From: Parasynechococcus marenigrum WH 8102
Lineage (GTDB): Bacteria; Cyanobacteriota; Cyanobacteriia; PCC-6307; Cyanobiaceae
Reading direction: 5' to 3'
DNA: 32,000 nucleotides
Assembly (NCBI RefSeq): GCF_000195975.1
Contig: NC_005070.1
Coordinates: 1,410,001-1,442,000 of the forward strand
The notes beneath the pieces are model-generated. The model saw nothing but the letters and a program-made list of their open reading frames with translations, was not told the DNA's origin and searched no databases. Numbering within the stretch: position 1 is the first letter of the stretch; the number at the start of each line of letters is the position of its first letter. Both the position numbers and the translations under genes were made by a program. Below are positions 1 to 6,517 of this stretch, piece by piece.

Positions 1-86
1 AGCCAGATCGTTGCTACCGCCGTCAGCACACCTGTGACGATCAGCTGAAGCCAACGCGGTCTGGCTCGACCGGGAAGTTGTTTCAT
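1..86 (-). CDS. 5' end of a CDS that runs off the left edge (MKQLPGRARPRWLQLIVTGVLTAVATIW..., signal-peptide or TM-like)
   Basis: ATG at 86-84 overlaps the TGA (88-86) of the upstream ORF as TGATG. Basic N-region followed by a hydrophobic stretch. Frame stays open to position 1. Confidence 0.35.
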   Translation of the reverse strand, partial: MKQLPGRARPRWLQLIVTGVLTAVATIW

Positions 87-382
87 CAACGACCTGGTTG
101 GGATGCCTTTAAAGCCTGCAAACCGAGCATCAAGTGCGTGCGAAAACTGCCAAGCGCCATCACCTGTTGCGGTGATCGATCTGAACCGATGGCATCTCCT
201 TTGTGGGCCATGCGTTGCAACAGAAATCGGGTGTGATTCGCCCAGCGCTCAAGCTCTGCTGAAAGTATGTCGTTGCTCTCCTTGGCAGGAGTTGATGATT
301 CCTGCATGGCGGTTTCAAGCCATCGGTTCAGCTGCCGATGGCTGAGGGCGTCGGGGATTGGAGGGGCGTCGTCTCGATTCAT
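86..382 (-). CDS. Hypothetical helical protein, 98 aa
   Basis: ATG-initiated ORF. Stop overlaps the start of the next minus-strand ORF (TGATG), suggesting an operon. No recognisable motif. Confidence 0.5.
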   Translation of the reverse strand: MNRDDAPPIPDALSHRQLNRWLETAMQESSTPAKESNDILSAELERWANHTRFLLQRMAHKGDAIGSDRSPQQVMALGSFRTHLMLGLQALKASQPGR

Positions 383-465
383 GAGCGATTGGTCTGAGAT
401 GACTCGACCCTATGGAGACGTCTTCAACAGGACCAGTTCGGTCGGCATGGGGATCACCGCACCGC

Positions 466-642
466 TCAGGTGGTCTTGCGGAAGATGCGCTCCAACTCCT
501 GCCGGAAATCCTGCTGACTCAATGGCTCCGCGCCGCGACGTCGCCGGTTGCGGCGCACAAGCGAACGGATCAACCAGAGTTGCAGTGCAGCAAACAGCGT
601 GCCGGTCACCAGCAGGCTTGCCGTGGCGCTGTTCCACTCCAT
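466..642 (-). CDS. Small membrane protein, 58 aa (MEWNSATASLLVTGTLFAALQLWLIRSLVRRNRRRRGAEPLSQQDFRQELERIFRKTT)
   Basis: Hand-translated, below the ORF-track cutoff. GAGG lies 7 nt upstream of the ATG. One N-terminal TM helix followed by a poly-Arg tail. Lies 9 nt downstream of ORF 652-807. Confidence 0.4.
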   Translation of the reverse strand: MEWNSATASLLVTGTLFAALQLWLIRSLVRRNRRRRGAEPLSQQDFRQELERIFRKTT

Positions 643-651
643 GCTGAAGCC

Positions 652-807
652 TCAATACCTTGATTGCGGCAACGTGAAGCCCGACTGCATGTGCCCGAAA
701 TCCAACATCACGTAGGTGAGCCAGATCAGCAGAGCGGCAATGCCTGCTCCTGCGGCAACTTTCGCCAGAGAGCGACCGATCATCTCCAGAAGGCTGACCT
801 CTTTCAT
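652..807 (-). CDS. Small membrane protein, 51 aa (MKEVSLLEMIGRSLAKVAAGAGIAALLIWLTYVMLDFGHMQSGFTLPQSRY)
   Basis: Internal ATG of the 652-927 ORF. One predicted TM helix. The upstream part of the long ORF looks non-protein-like. Confidence 0.35.
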   Translation of the reverse strand: MKEVSLLEMIGRSLAKVAAGAGIAALLIWLTYVMLDFGHMQSGFTLPQSRY

Positions 808-862
808 CGGGCGACAACGGCAACCCTCTGATTCTGCCGTGACTGGCTCCACGAATGAGGGA

Positions 863-1063
863 ATGCGAACCTCAGTCAGCGTTCTCGACACCCATGCCGC
901 TGATTCCGCGCTGGCGATACATGACAACGCAGGCCCGACAGCAGACCCGTCGCTTGGCTATCGAATCGGAGTTCTGGTGTTGCTGCTTGTGCTGAAGCTG
1001 CCGCTGCCATGGCTGCTGCTGGCAAGTGCTGCATGGTGGCTTTGGGGACGTCTGCAGCGCTAA
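863..1063 (+). CDS. Possible 66-aa protein with a C-terminal TM helix
   Basis: ATG at 863. GC3 about 62% by hand count. Hydrophobic IGVLVLLLVLKLPLPWLLLASAAWWLWG segment. ORF ends just before the hairpin pair at 1069-1110. No homology recognised. Confidence 0.25.
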   Translation: MRTSVSVLDTHAADSALAIHDNAGPTADPSLGYRIGVLVLLLVLKLPLPWLLLASAAWWLWGRLQR

Positions 1064-1089
1064 AAAAAGACCCCGCCGAAGGCAGGGTC
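1062..1089 (-). terminator. Rho-independent terminator downstream of hli
   Basis: The minus strand reads GACCCTGCC-TTC-GGCGGGGTC followed by TTTTTTT (A7 at 1062-1068 on the plus strand). The stem is GC-rich with one mismatch. Confidence 0.7.
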
Positions 1090-1196
1090 TGGGCACACCG
1101 GCGTGTGACCTTGTTTCCACAACGGTTGGCCTCCTCACAACTGAACGCTCGCGAACCGACGAGAGCTCTGAAAGAACGAGAGTGGAAGCCCGTCAA

Positions 1197-1211
1197 CTGT
1201 CACAGTGACAG
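1197..1211. repeat. Perfect 15-nt palindrome CTGTCACAGTGACAG
   Basis: Read directly. Lies 19 nt downstream of the hli stop codon. Confidence 0.6.
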
Positions 1212-1229
1212 CTGGATGCAGGGGATGCT

Positions 1230-1433
1230 TCAGCCGATGCCCAGCAATCCGAAGCCGATCTGGCTGGCGATCCCTTGTCCGGTGATCAGCTCAGTGAGCA
1301 GGCCGATCAGAAAACCCAACATGGCAATACGGCCATTGAGCAGTTCGGCACGGTTAAAGCGCTCGGATGAAATCTGCGCACGAGCAGCGTCTTGATACCA
1401 GTCGTCACGAGTCTTGGAGGCGGAGTCGGACAT
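1230..1433 (-). CDS. hli: High-light-inducible protein (HLIP, one-helix CAB/ELIP/HLIP family)
   Basis: ERFNRAELLNGRIAMLGFLIGLLTE matches the chlorophyll-binding E-x-x-N-G-R-x-A-M-x-G-F helix. The ORF-track start at 1436 is GTG. The ATG one codon later (1433) is preferred. Confidence 0.9.
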   Translation of the reverse strand: MSDSASKTRDDWYQDAARAQISSERFNRAELLNGRIAMLGFLIGLLTELITGQGIASQIGFGLLGIG

Positions 1434-1476
1434 CACGCAATAGAAAGTAAAACAATGTTACATCTTCTTGACTTCC

Positions 1477-2056
1477 TCAGCAACAGACCGAATCCAGAAA
1501 TGAGTGAACATGCTGAACCGCCAGGCACAGGTTCTGTTCCTCAGTTCGGCCAGAACGCTTTCGCGGCGAAAAACTGTGATCTCCGTCGGGGATCCACTGC
1601 AACGTCACTGCCGAGCTCATGGAATACACCTCCACTTCGTCCTGTCGACCCATCGCATCACGCTCACCTTGAAAAATCAGACAGGGGGCTGATAGGTCGA
1701 TCAAATGATGGGTGCGCAGCTGAGCAGGCTTGCCCAGGGGATGGAATGGGTAACCGAGGCAAACACCTGCCGCAACAGTTGTACTGGCATGCAGCTCATC
1801 CAGGAGCAGGCTGGCGATCCGTCCCCCCATCGACTTACCTCACAATCACCAGTGGGCGACCTTGATCAAGCTGATCAAGAGCGTCCCTGAAAGCCTTCAG
1901 CAACACATCAGGCCGATCAGGAAGAGTCTTCTGCCCGGTCAGACGCCGTCTGGCCATGTACGGGAAGTCAAAACGGTGAACCCGCCAGTTCAGCTGCGCC
2001 AGACCATCGGCCATGGGGTTGCATGAACGGGGATTGAGAGGCAACTCCAGCCCCAT
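1477..2056 (-). pseudogene. Alpha/beta-fold hydrolase split by a 1-nt frameshift (ORFs 1835-2056 and 1477-1830)
   Basis: The upstream ORF ends ...GRPLVIVR*. The nucleophile elbow G-K-S-M-G-G-R is encoded immediately after it in the +1 frame. Deleting the base at 1842 restores LVIGGKSMGGRIAS. The downstream part contains GERD and DGDH (acid and His of the triad). Confidence 0.75.
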
Positions 2057-2124
2057 GTGCTAACAGCAACGATCCCGCCGCATGGACGGGACCCGAACTG
2101 ATCAAGTCGACATACATACAACCT

Positions 2125-2637
2125 TTAACGCGTTGCAGCAGCCTCGGTCATGGCAGAAGTTTTTGCCGCGAGAGCTTCCAAGGTCTCCTTGGGGTCAGCG
2201 GCAGGCGTGTCGAAACGGCGGGCAATCAACTCATCGATGGAAAACAGCCCAGGGCCACAGGCCAGGACCGCAACGGCGGCAGCGAAATAAAGGCCCAGAA
2301 GCTCCAAAAGGTAGATGTTGAAACCAGCAGTGACGATGGCGTGGTAGATCGCCACGGTGATCGTTCCGGCGATCGCCATGGCCCCCATACGGGTGAGCAA
2401 TCCAGTGATCAGCAACCAGCTACCGATGACCTCGGAGAAGGCCGCCACGTAGGACAGGAGAATGGGGAAGGGCAAATGCAGAGGGCGAACAAACGCATCT
2501 GCAAAATTCTCGATATTGGCCAGTTTTTCGTAACCGTGATGGATCAATAACGATCCAGTGAAAACGCGTAGAAGGAGCAGACCAAGATCGGCCGCGATGG
2601 CACGAGTCAGGACGAGACGGATCATCGGGCCGAACAC
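2125..2637 (-). CDS. DoxX family membrane protein
   Basis: Four TM segments, with the LLLRVFTGSLLIHHGYEKL motif typical of DoxX. The start at 2637 is GTG. An alternative ATG lies at 2625. Confidence 0.85.
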   Translation of the reverse strand: MFGPMIRLVLTRAIAADLGLLLLRVFTGSLLIHHGYEKLANIENFADAFVRPLHLPFPILLSYVAAFSEVIGSWLLITGLLTRMGAMAIAGTITVAIYHAIVTAGFNIYLLELLGLYFAAAVAVLACGPGLFSIDELIARRFDTPAADPKETLEALAAKTSAMTEAAATR

Positions 2638-2645
2638 AGAAGTAT

Positions 2646-2663
2646 GAAAGTTAATGAACTTTC
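2646..2663. repeat. AT-rich inverted repeat GAAAGTT-aatg-AACTTTC
   Basis: Perfect 7-bp arms, 9 nt upstream of the DoxX GTG start on the minus strand. Confidence 0.5.
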
Positions 2664-2722
2664 GTGTTCAACCGCGCGAAACCAAAGGTGTAGGGGCGCG
2701 ATTGAGTGTTTTTACCTAGCCG

Positions 2723-2965
2723 TCAGTCGACGTCGTCTAGCTTTTCGTTGTGCTCCTTCTGCATCTCGACCATCTCAGCGCAGGTGAGGGCCGGTGCATA
2801 TTCGAAGTCAAGTCCGAACATGGACCGCCAGAACATGAAATGACGGAACAAGGCCTTGGCATCGGCAGCCTTGCAGATCACGCAAACCCGTCCGGACTCA
2901 GGCATGTGCAGACGAGCCACCAGTTCGAACCCGTCGAACTTGTCGCCCTCAGCGCCGGAGTCCAT
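2723..2965 (-). CDS. DUF3303-like protein, C-terminal 80 aa. The 24 N-terminal codons lie upstream of an in-frame TAG (2966-2968).
   Basis: The pattern GFELVARLHMPESGRVCVICKAADAKALFRHFMFWRSMFGLDFEYAPALTCAEM resembles DUF3303 (recalled from memory, not searched). The same frame upstream reads MQYYVCNGQIPTETQDEGYTAFIE-TAG-ATG. Confidence 0.65.
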   Translation of the reverse strand: MDSGAEGDKFDGFELVARLHMPESGRVCVICKAADAKALFRHFMFWRSMFGLDFEYAPALTCAEMVEMQKEHNEKLDDVD

Positions 2966-3071
2966 CTATTCGATGAAGGCGGTGTAGCCCTCGTCCTGCG
3001 TTTCCGTCGGGATCTGCCCGTTGCAGACGTAGTACTGCATGGTTATGGAGAAGCAAGAAAAAAGATCTGAT

Positions 3072-3290
3072 TCAGTCGTCGTAGACCAGGCACTCGGGCT
3101 CGTCTGGGTTCTGCTCACAGAACAACTCGAGCGGTGACGGATCGTGGCTGTCGTTGGGGAATTGCTTCTTGTGGTCCAGCAACCACTGCAGCTCTTCGGT
3201 GAGGTGGCGCACCTTTCCGTCGTTGTGCTCCGAAAGGGCTTTCAGGAATTCTTCCTGATCCTTCTGGATGTGTTCGTCGATGGTTTTCAT
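3072..3290 (-). CDS. cp12: CP12 (regulator of the GAPDH/PRK complex), form with only the C-terminal Cys pair
   Basis: The C-terminus PLELFCEQNPDEPECLVYDD is the CP12 signature. Length is 72 aa. There is no N-terminal Cys pair. Confidence 0.9.
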   Translation of the reverse strand: MKTIDEHIQKDQEEFLKALSEHNDGKVRHLTEELQWLLDHKKQFPNDSHDPSPLELFCEQNPDEPECLVYDD

Positions 3291-3313
3291 GGTTCAGGTC
3301 AGGCCTGACAACC
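3291..3313 (-). promoter_or_regulatory. Palindrome/hairpin abutting the cp12 start codon (GGTT-GTCAGGCCTGAC-ctg-AACC on the minus strand)
   Basis: 12-nt perfect palindrome GTCAGGCCTGAC at 3298-3309, extended by GGTT/AACC. It ends directly at the ATG. Confidence 0.4.
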
Positions 3314-3476
3314 ACTGCGTCGTAGCGGGGCAACCACCGTTGAATCAGTCGGTATTTCTACCTTTATCGGCGAAAGCACACATTGTCGAAGCCTGTTTTG
3401 CGATCAAGTCCTGTGACATATCAGTGGCCAGGTCGGCGCAAAGCATGGAGAGTCGGTTTGACAAAACAGAGCTCCT

Positions 3477-3635
3477 ATGCAACTCAATGAACGGGTCGTG
3501 CTGACGGGAGCCATTCTGTTTGGCCTCGGACTCGTGGCCGGGATCGCCATCGGATCTGCCACGGCCGTGTCAGCACTCACTCAGGGTGCCCCTGATGTTC
3601 TGCAGAGCTGGTCCGGCGTGGTCGCGATGCCCTGA
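3477..3635 (+). CDS. Small membrane protein, 52 aa (MQLNERVVLTGAILFGLGLVAGIAIGSATAVSALTQGAPDVLQSWSGVVAMP)
   Basis: Hand-translated, below the ORF-track cutoff. One TM helix. GC3 about 69% by hand count. Confidence 0.4.
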   Translation: MQLNERVVLTGAILFGLGLVAGIAIGSATAVSALTQGAPDVLQSWSGVVAMP

Positions 3636-3641
3636 GGATCG

Positions 3642-4157
3642 TCAGATCAAAGCCAGAGGGCGTGGCTGGTCCACCGACCGGCAATTGTGATCATCTTCAT
3701 TGGTGGTCCGCAATTCGAGATTGAAAAACAAAGCGGATGCAGTGTTGAGAAACGGACCGGCATGCCAGGTGCCTGGATGCAGCTTGACCCCCTCCCCCGG
3801 AAGCAGCTTCACCAGCAACACCTGATCAGACGCGATCGAGCCATCAGGCCGGGGCGGGCCTGGTGGAGCCACAGCCAGCCACCACACCTGAGCATCGGCT
3901 GACCCCAAGCATTGACTCACCCTCTGATGGGAGGTCATGGCTGCCAACACAGGTGGCCTGCGACGGAGACGCATCAGGTAAAACCGTGGATGGCCGTCTG
4001 CATCGAAATGAAGCTTGGCGTCCTGGGGGCCGAAGGGTGAGGGATCGTCCTGCGGCAGCAGCAGGGTTCCGCAGCTGGAAAAGCGTGAATCGTCGGGTCG
4101 GATCGGCTGAAGTATTGCGGCTGGGGAGCCGAGTCCGGACTCAACGGGCACCGACAC
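3642..4157 (-). CDS. Ureidoglycolate lyase/hydrolase (AllA) family protein, RmlC-like cupin fold
   Basis: Collinear with E. coli AllA as I recall it: SSCGTLL near the N-terminus, MTSHQRVSQCL...WWLAVAP (compare ERHPLGTQAF...VVVVA), and HPGTWHAGPF...DDHNC (compare VWHHPLF...SDNCD). The start is GTG (4157 or 4151). Confidence 0.75.
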   Translation of the reverse strand: MSVPVESGLGSPAAILQPIRPDDSRFSSCGTLLLPQDDPSPFGPQDAKLHFDADGHPRFYLMRLRRRPPVLAAMTSHQRVSQCLGSADAQVWWLAVAPPGPPRPDGSIASDQVLLVKLLPGEGVKLHPGTWHAGPFLNTASALFFNLELRTTNEDDHNCRSVDQPRPLALI

Positions 4158-4311
4158 TGATGCTCCCGACGCTGATCAACTGTTCCAGCCGTGCGCTGAG
4201 CTTCTGCTCGGTGCGATCGAAGTGATCGTGATTACCCGCAACGTAGGCAAGCTCCTCGCTGGTGATCACTTGATGGGTGACCGCATCCAGGTAAATCTGG
4301 ACAAGGGACAT
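4141..4311 (-). CDS. Small helical protein, 56 aa, paralogue of ORF 8673-8858
   Basis: MSLVQIYLDAVTHQVITSEELAYVAGNHDHFDRTEQKLSARLEQLISVGSISVGAR aligns without gaps to the 8673-8858 product (19/54 identical by hand). The ATG at 4311 matches the paralogue's start. Overlaps the AllA-like start by 17 nt. Confidence 0.55.
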   Translation of the reverse strand: MSLVQIYLDAVTHQVITSEELAYVAGNHDHFDRTEQKLSARLEQLISVGSISVGAR

Positions 4312-4387
4312 CGCTTCGACGTCGTCAGTGTTCAATCCTGGCAACAATGCACAGGATCCGTAGGCGTCCGCCAACACTGACAACGCC

Positions 4388-4885
4388 ATGGAACGCTCCC
4401 AGATCCAGAGCCTGATCAAACAGTGCTCCGGCGGTCTGTTCGACCTGGCCTGTGCGGTGAGTGGTCGTGTGAACTGGGATCTCAGCCTGCCCGTGGGTGT
4501 GATCGATGCCAGGCGGAGCACACCGAAGTTGATGGTCACCGCAGTGGGCACCATCAATTCGATGGTGCGGGCATCCGCCACCATCGGGCATCCCCTGATG
4601 CGGCGATTCTTCGAACGGATGGAGGCCGTAGGCGTGGAACAGGCCCTGAAGGAGTCCAACGATGGGGCCGATGCCGATGCCTTTTCTGAGGTCTGGCAGG
4701 CTTACAAGGAGGAGCGGCGCCAGGGCGATGCACCGATGTGGAGCATGGAGGACGCGACGGACTTCGTGATGAAATCGCGCGAAGCCCACAGTGACCGCGA
4801 GGTCGCCTGCGTGGCCATATTGCCGGGAGATCCCCATGCCATCGTCACCTTTTCAGTGCCGATTGCGTTCCTCACCCAGGGGTGA
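4388..4885 (+). CDS. Hypothetical protein, 165 aa
   Basis: ATG start with protein-like composition. The stop abuts the ATG of the TauE gene (TGAATG). Confidence 0.65.
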   Translation: MERSQIQSLIKQCSGGLFDLACAVSGRVNWDLSLPVGVIDARRSTPKLMVTAVGTINSMVRASATIGHPLMRRFFERMEAVGVEQALKESNDGADADAFSEVWQAYKEERRQGDAPMWSMEDATDFVMKSREAHSDREVACVAILPGDPHAIVTFSVPIAFLTQG

Positions 4886-5674
4886 ATGAGCTTTGATCCA
4901 CTGCTGCAGGTCGGGCTCGCTGTCATCGCGGTGATCGCCAATGCTCTATCGGCATTTGCCGGGGGCGGGGCAGGACTGGTGCAGTTACCGGCACTGATCC
5001 TGCTTGGGCTCCCCTTCGCCTCGGCTCTCGCCACCCACAAAGTGGCCAGTGTTGCCTTAGGGGTTGGGGCTGCAGGACGGCACTGGCGGGCCAGCAGCCT
5101 GAACCGCAGCCTCTCCGGCTTGATCCTGCTGGCTGGTTTGCCCGGTGTGTGGCTGGGTGCCAATGCTGTTCTGGCCATCCCAGACCGATTCGCTACGGCA
5201 GCACTGGGATTCCTCACACTGGGCCTTGGTGTGTATTCAGCGCGACGATCTGAACTGGGCCGAACGGACAACCCAGCGCCTCTGAACACACGAACAATTG
5301 CTATCGGCGCGGCGGTGCTGTTCGGGATCGGCATCCTCAACGGATCCCTCACATCAGGGACTGGGCTGTTCGTGACCCTTTGGCTTGTTCGCTGGTTTGG
5401 ATTGAGCTACTCCCGAGCGGTCGCCCACACGCTGATCCTTGTGGGTCTGGGTTGGAACGGCAGCGGTGCCCTTGTGCTGGGATTCAGCGGTGAGATCCAC
5501 TGGGCGTGGTTGCCAGCCTTGATCGCCGGATCCCTGATCGGGGGCTACCTCGGAGCACACCTGTCGTTGGTGAGGGGAAGCGGAATGGTGAAACGGGCTT
5601 TTGAAGCTCTGGCCCTGCTCATGGGCGCTTCACTGCTGATCAGAGCCTTCGGGTCCACCTTCGGGTCCATCTGA
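4886..5674 (+). CDS. TauE/SafE (TSUP, DUF81) family anion exporter
   Basis: Polytopic membrane protein with two Gly-rich halves (AFAGGGAGLVQLPALILLG and GSLTSGTGLF...). Confidence 0.9.
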   Translation: MSFDPLLQVGLAVIAVIANALSAFAGGGAGLVQLPALILLGLPFASALATHKVASVALGVGAAGRHWRASSLNRSLSGLILLAGLPGVWLGANAVLAIPDRFATAALGFLTLGLGVYSARRSELGRTDNPAPLNTRTIAIGAAVLFGIGILNGSLTSGTGLFVTLWLVRWFGLSYSRAVAHTLILVGLGWNGSGALVLGFSGEIHWAWLPALIAGSLIGGYLGAHLSLVRGSGMVKRAFEALALLMGASLLIRAFGSTFGSI

Positions 5675-5899
5675 ACTCTGTTCAGCATCTGGAGCAAAAA
5701 AGCGGCCGGCGTAGCGCGTGGCCATCACCACGGTGGCAGCTCCGTAACCAATGAAGGTGACGGCCTGGCCGGACGTGCCGGTCTCGTACACCTCACCGGT
5801 CAACAGCATCCAGTCCATCAGAGAGGCGACGGTGCCCCAGATCACCACCCATACCGACACGTAGGTGATCCCTCGCCATGTCTTGTTCATGCTGGTCAT
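5630..5899 (-). CDS. Small two-TM membrane protein, about 89 aa
   Basis: Internal ATG (5899, or 5890) of ORF 5630-5980. Two hydrophobic helices and an acidic or Gly-rich tail. Overlaps the convergent TauE gene's 3' end by 45 nt. Confidence 0.5.
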   Translation of the reverse strand: MTSMNKTWRGITYVSVWVVIWGTVASLMDWMLLTGEVYETGTSGQAVTFIGYGAATVVMATRYAGRFFAPDAEQSSDGPEGGPEGSDQQ

Positions 5900-5931
5900 C
5901 ACTGCTGCGAAGAGGCTAGAGAAGCAAGTCC

Positions 5932-6474
5932 ATGCACCAGACCCCGTTGTCGCGCTCCTTCCACGCTGCCCTGGTTCCACCCCTGGTGAAGAACCTCAGC
6001 AACCTCAGCCATCTGCTGAAACGGGCCGAAGTCCACGCCAAGGAGAGTGGCTTCCCCATTGAGGTGTTGCTGACGAGCCGCCTTTATCCGGACATGTTCG
6101 ACTGCACCCGTCAGGTGCAGATCGCAACGGACATCTCCCGTCGCGGCGTGGCCCGACTCGCCGGTTGCGAGGCACCTGTGATGGACGACAACGAAACGAA
6201 CGTGGAACAGCTGCTCGAGCGGATCAGCAGCAGCATCAGTTTCATGGAAAGCATTGATCCCGTCGACCTTGATGGGGCAGAACGGAGGCAGATCCGACTC
6301 CCCATCCCAGCAAGCATGGGAGGAGGTGAGCGAGTCTTTGAAGGGGAGGACTTTCTCCGGTCCTTCGTGCTTCCGAATGCTTATTTTCACGTGAGCACCG
6401 CCTTTGGCATCCTGCGGCACAACGGTGTGCCGATCGGAAAGTTCGATTACCTCCTTGGTGAAGAGGCTCCTTGA
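5932..6474 (+). CDS. DUF1993 family protein (DinB-like helical bundle)
   Basis: LTSRLYPDMFDCTRQVQIATDISRRGVARLAG...DDNETNVEQL...LPNAYFHVSTAFGILRHNGVPIGKFDYLG closely follows the DUF1993 consensus as I recall it. Confidence 0.8.
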   Translation: MHQTPLSRSFHAALVPPLVKNLSNLSHLLKRAEVHAKESGFPIEVLLTSRLYPDMFDCTRQVQIATDISRRGVARLAGCEAPVMDDNETNVEQLLERISSSISFMESIDPVDLDGAERRQIRLPIPASMGGGERVFEGEDFLRSFVLPNAYFHVSTAFGILRHNGVPIGKFDYLLGEEAP

Positions 6475-6517
6475 GGGGCAGCTGCTCCCGTAATCTCACG
6501 CAGCTACAGACGAGGAG

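Noticed and set aside
1129-1140. CCTCCTCACAAC on the plus strand, resembling the conserved Yfr1 sRNA loop motif (ACUCCUCACAC)
   Set aside because: Only a partial match. There is no flanking stem-loop/terminator arrangement with a U-tail on the plus strand, and the genomic context is not the one I associate with yfr1.
1447-1463. GTAAAACAATGTTACAT upstream of hli, reminiscent of the HLR1 (RpaB) direct repeat
   Set aside because: Only one half-site (GTTACAT) fits. The other matches about 5/8 positions. The element is only 11-27 nt from the start codon, which is too close for a promoter element unless the mRNA is nearly leaderless.
2922-2932. AGTTCGAACCC, and TTCCGAACCAGG at 16374-16385, which look like tRNA T-loops
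   Set aside because: No complementary T-stem, acceptor stem or anticodon arm can be drawn around either. The first lies inside a CDS.
3458-3463. TTGACA hexamers (also at 16532-16537) as possible -35 boxes
   Set aside because: No acceptable -10 box at 16-18 nt spacing. Both sit within about 15 nt of the proposed start codons.
4312-4659. Upstream extension of the small ORF 4141-4311 to 172 aa (or to the ATG at 4389)
   Set aside because: The extension runs antisense into the 165-aa gene, or shares a CATG with its start codon, which leaves no promoter space. The paralogue at 8673 starts at the position equivalent to 4311.
4702-5352. 216-aa minus-strand ORF, and 4325-4837 (170 aa), opposite the 165-aa gene and the TauE gene
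   Set aside because: They are Pro/Arg/Ala-rich shadow ORFs opposite convincing plus-strand genes.
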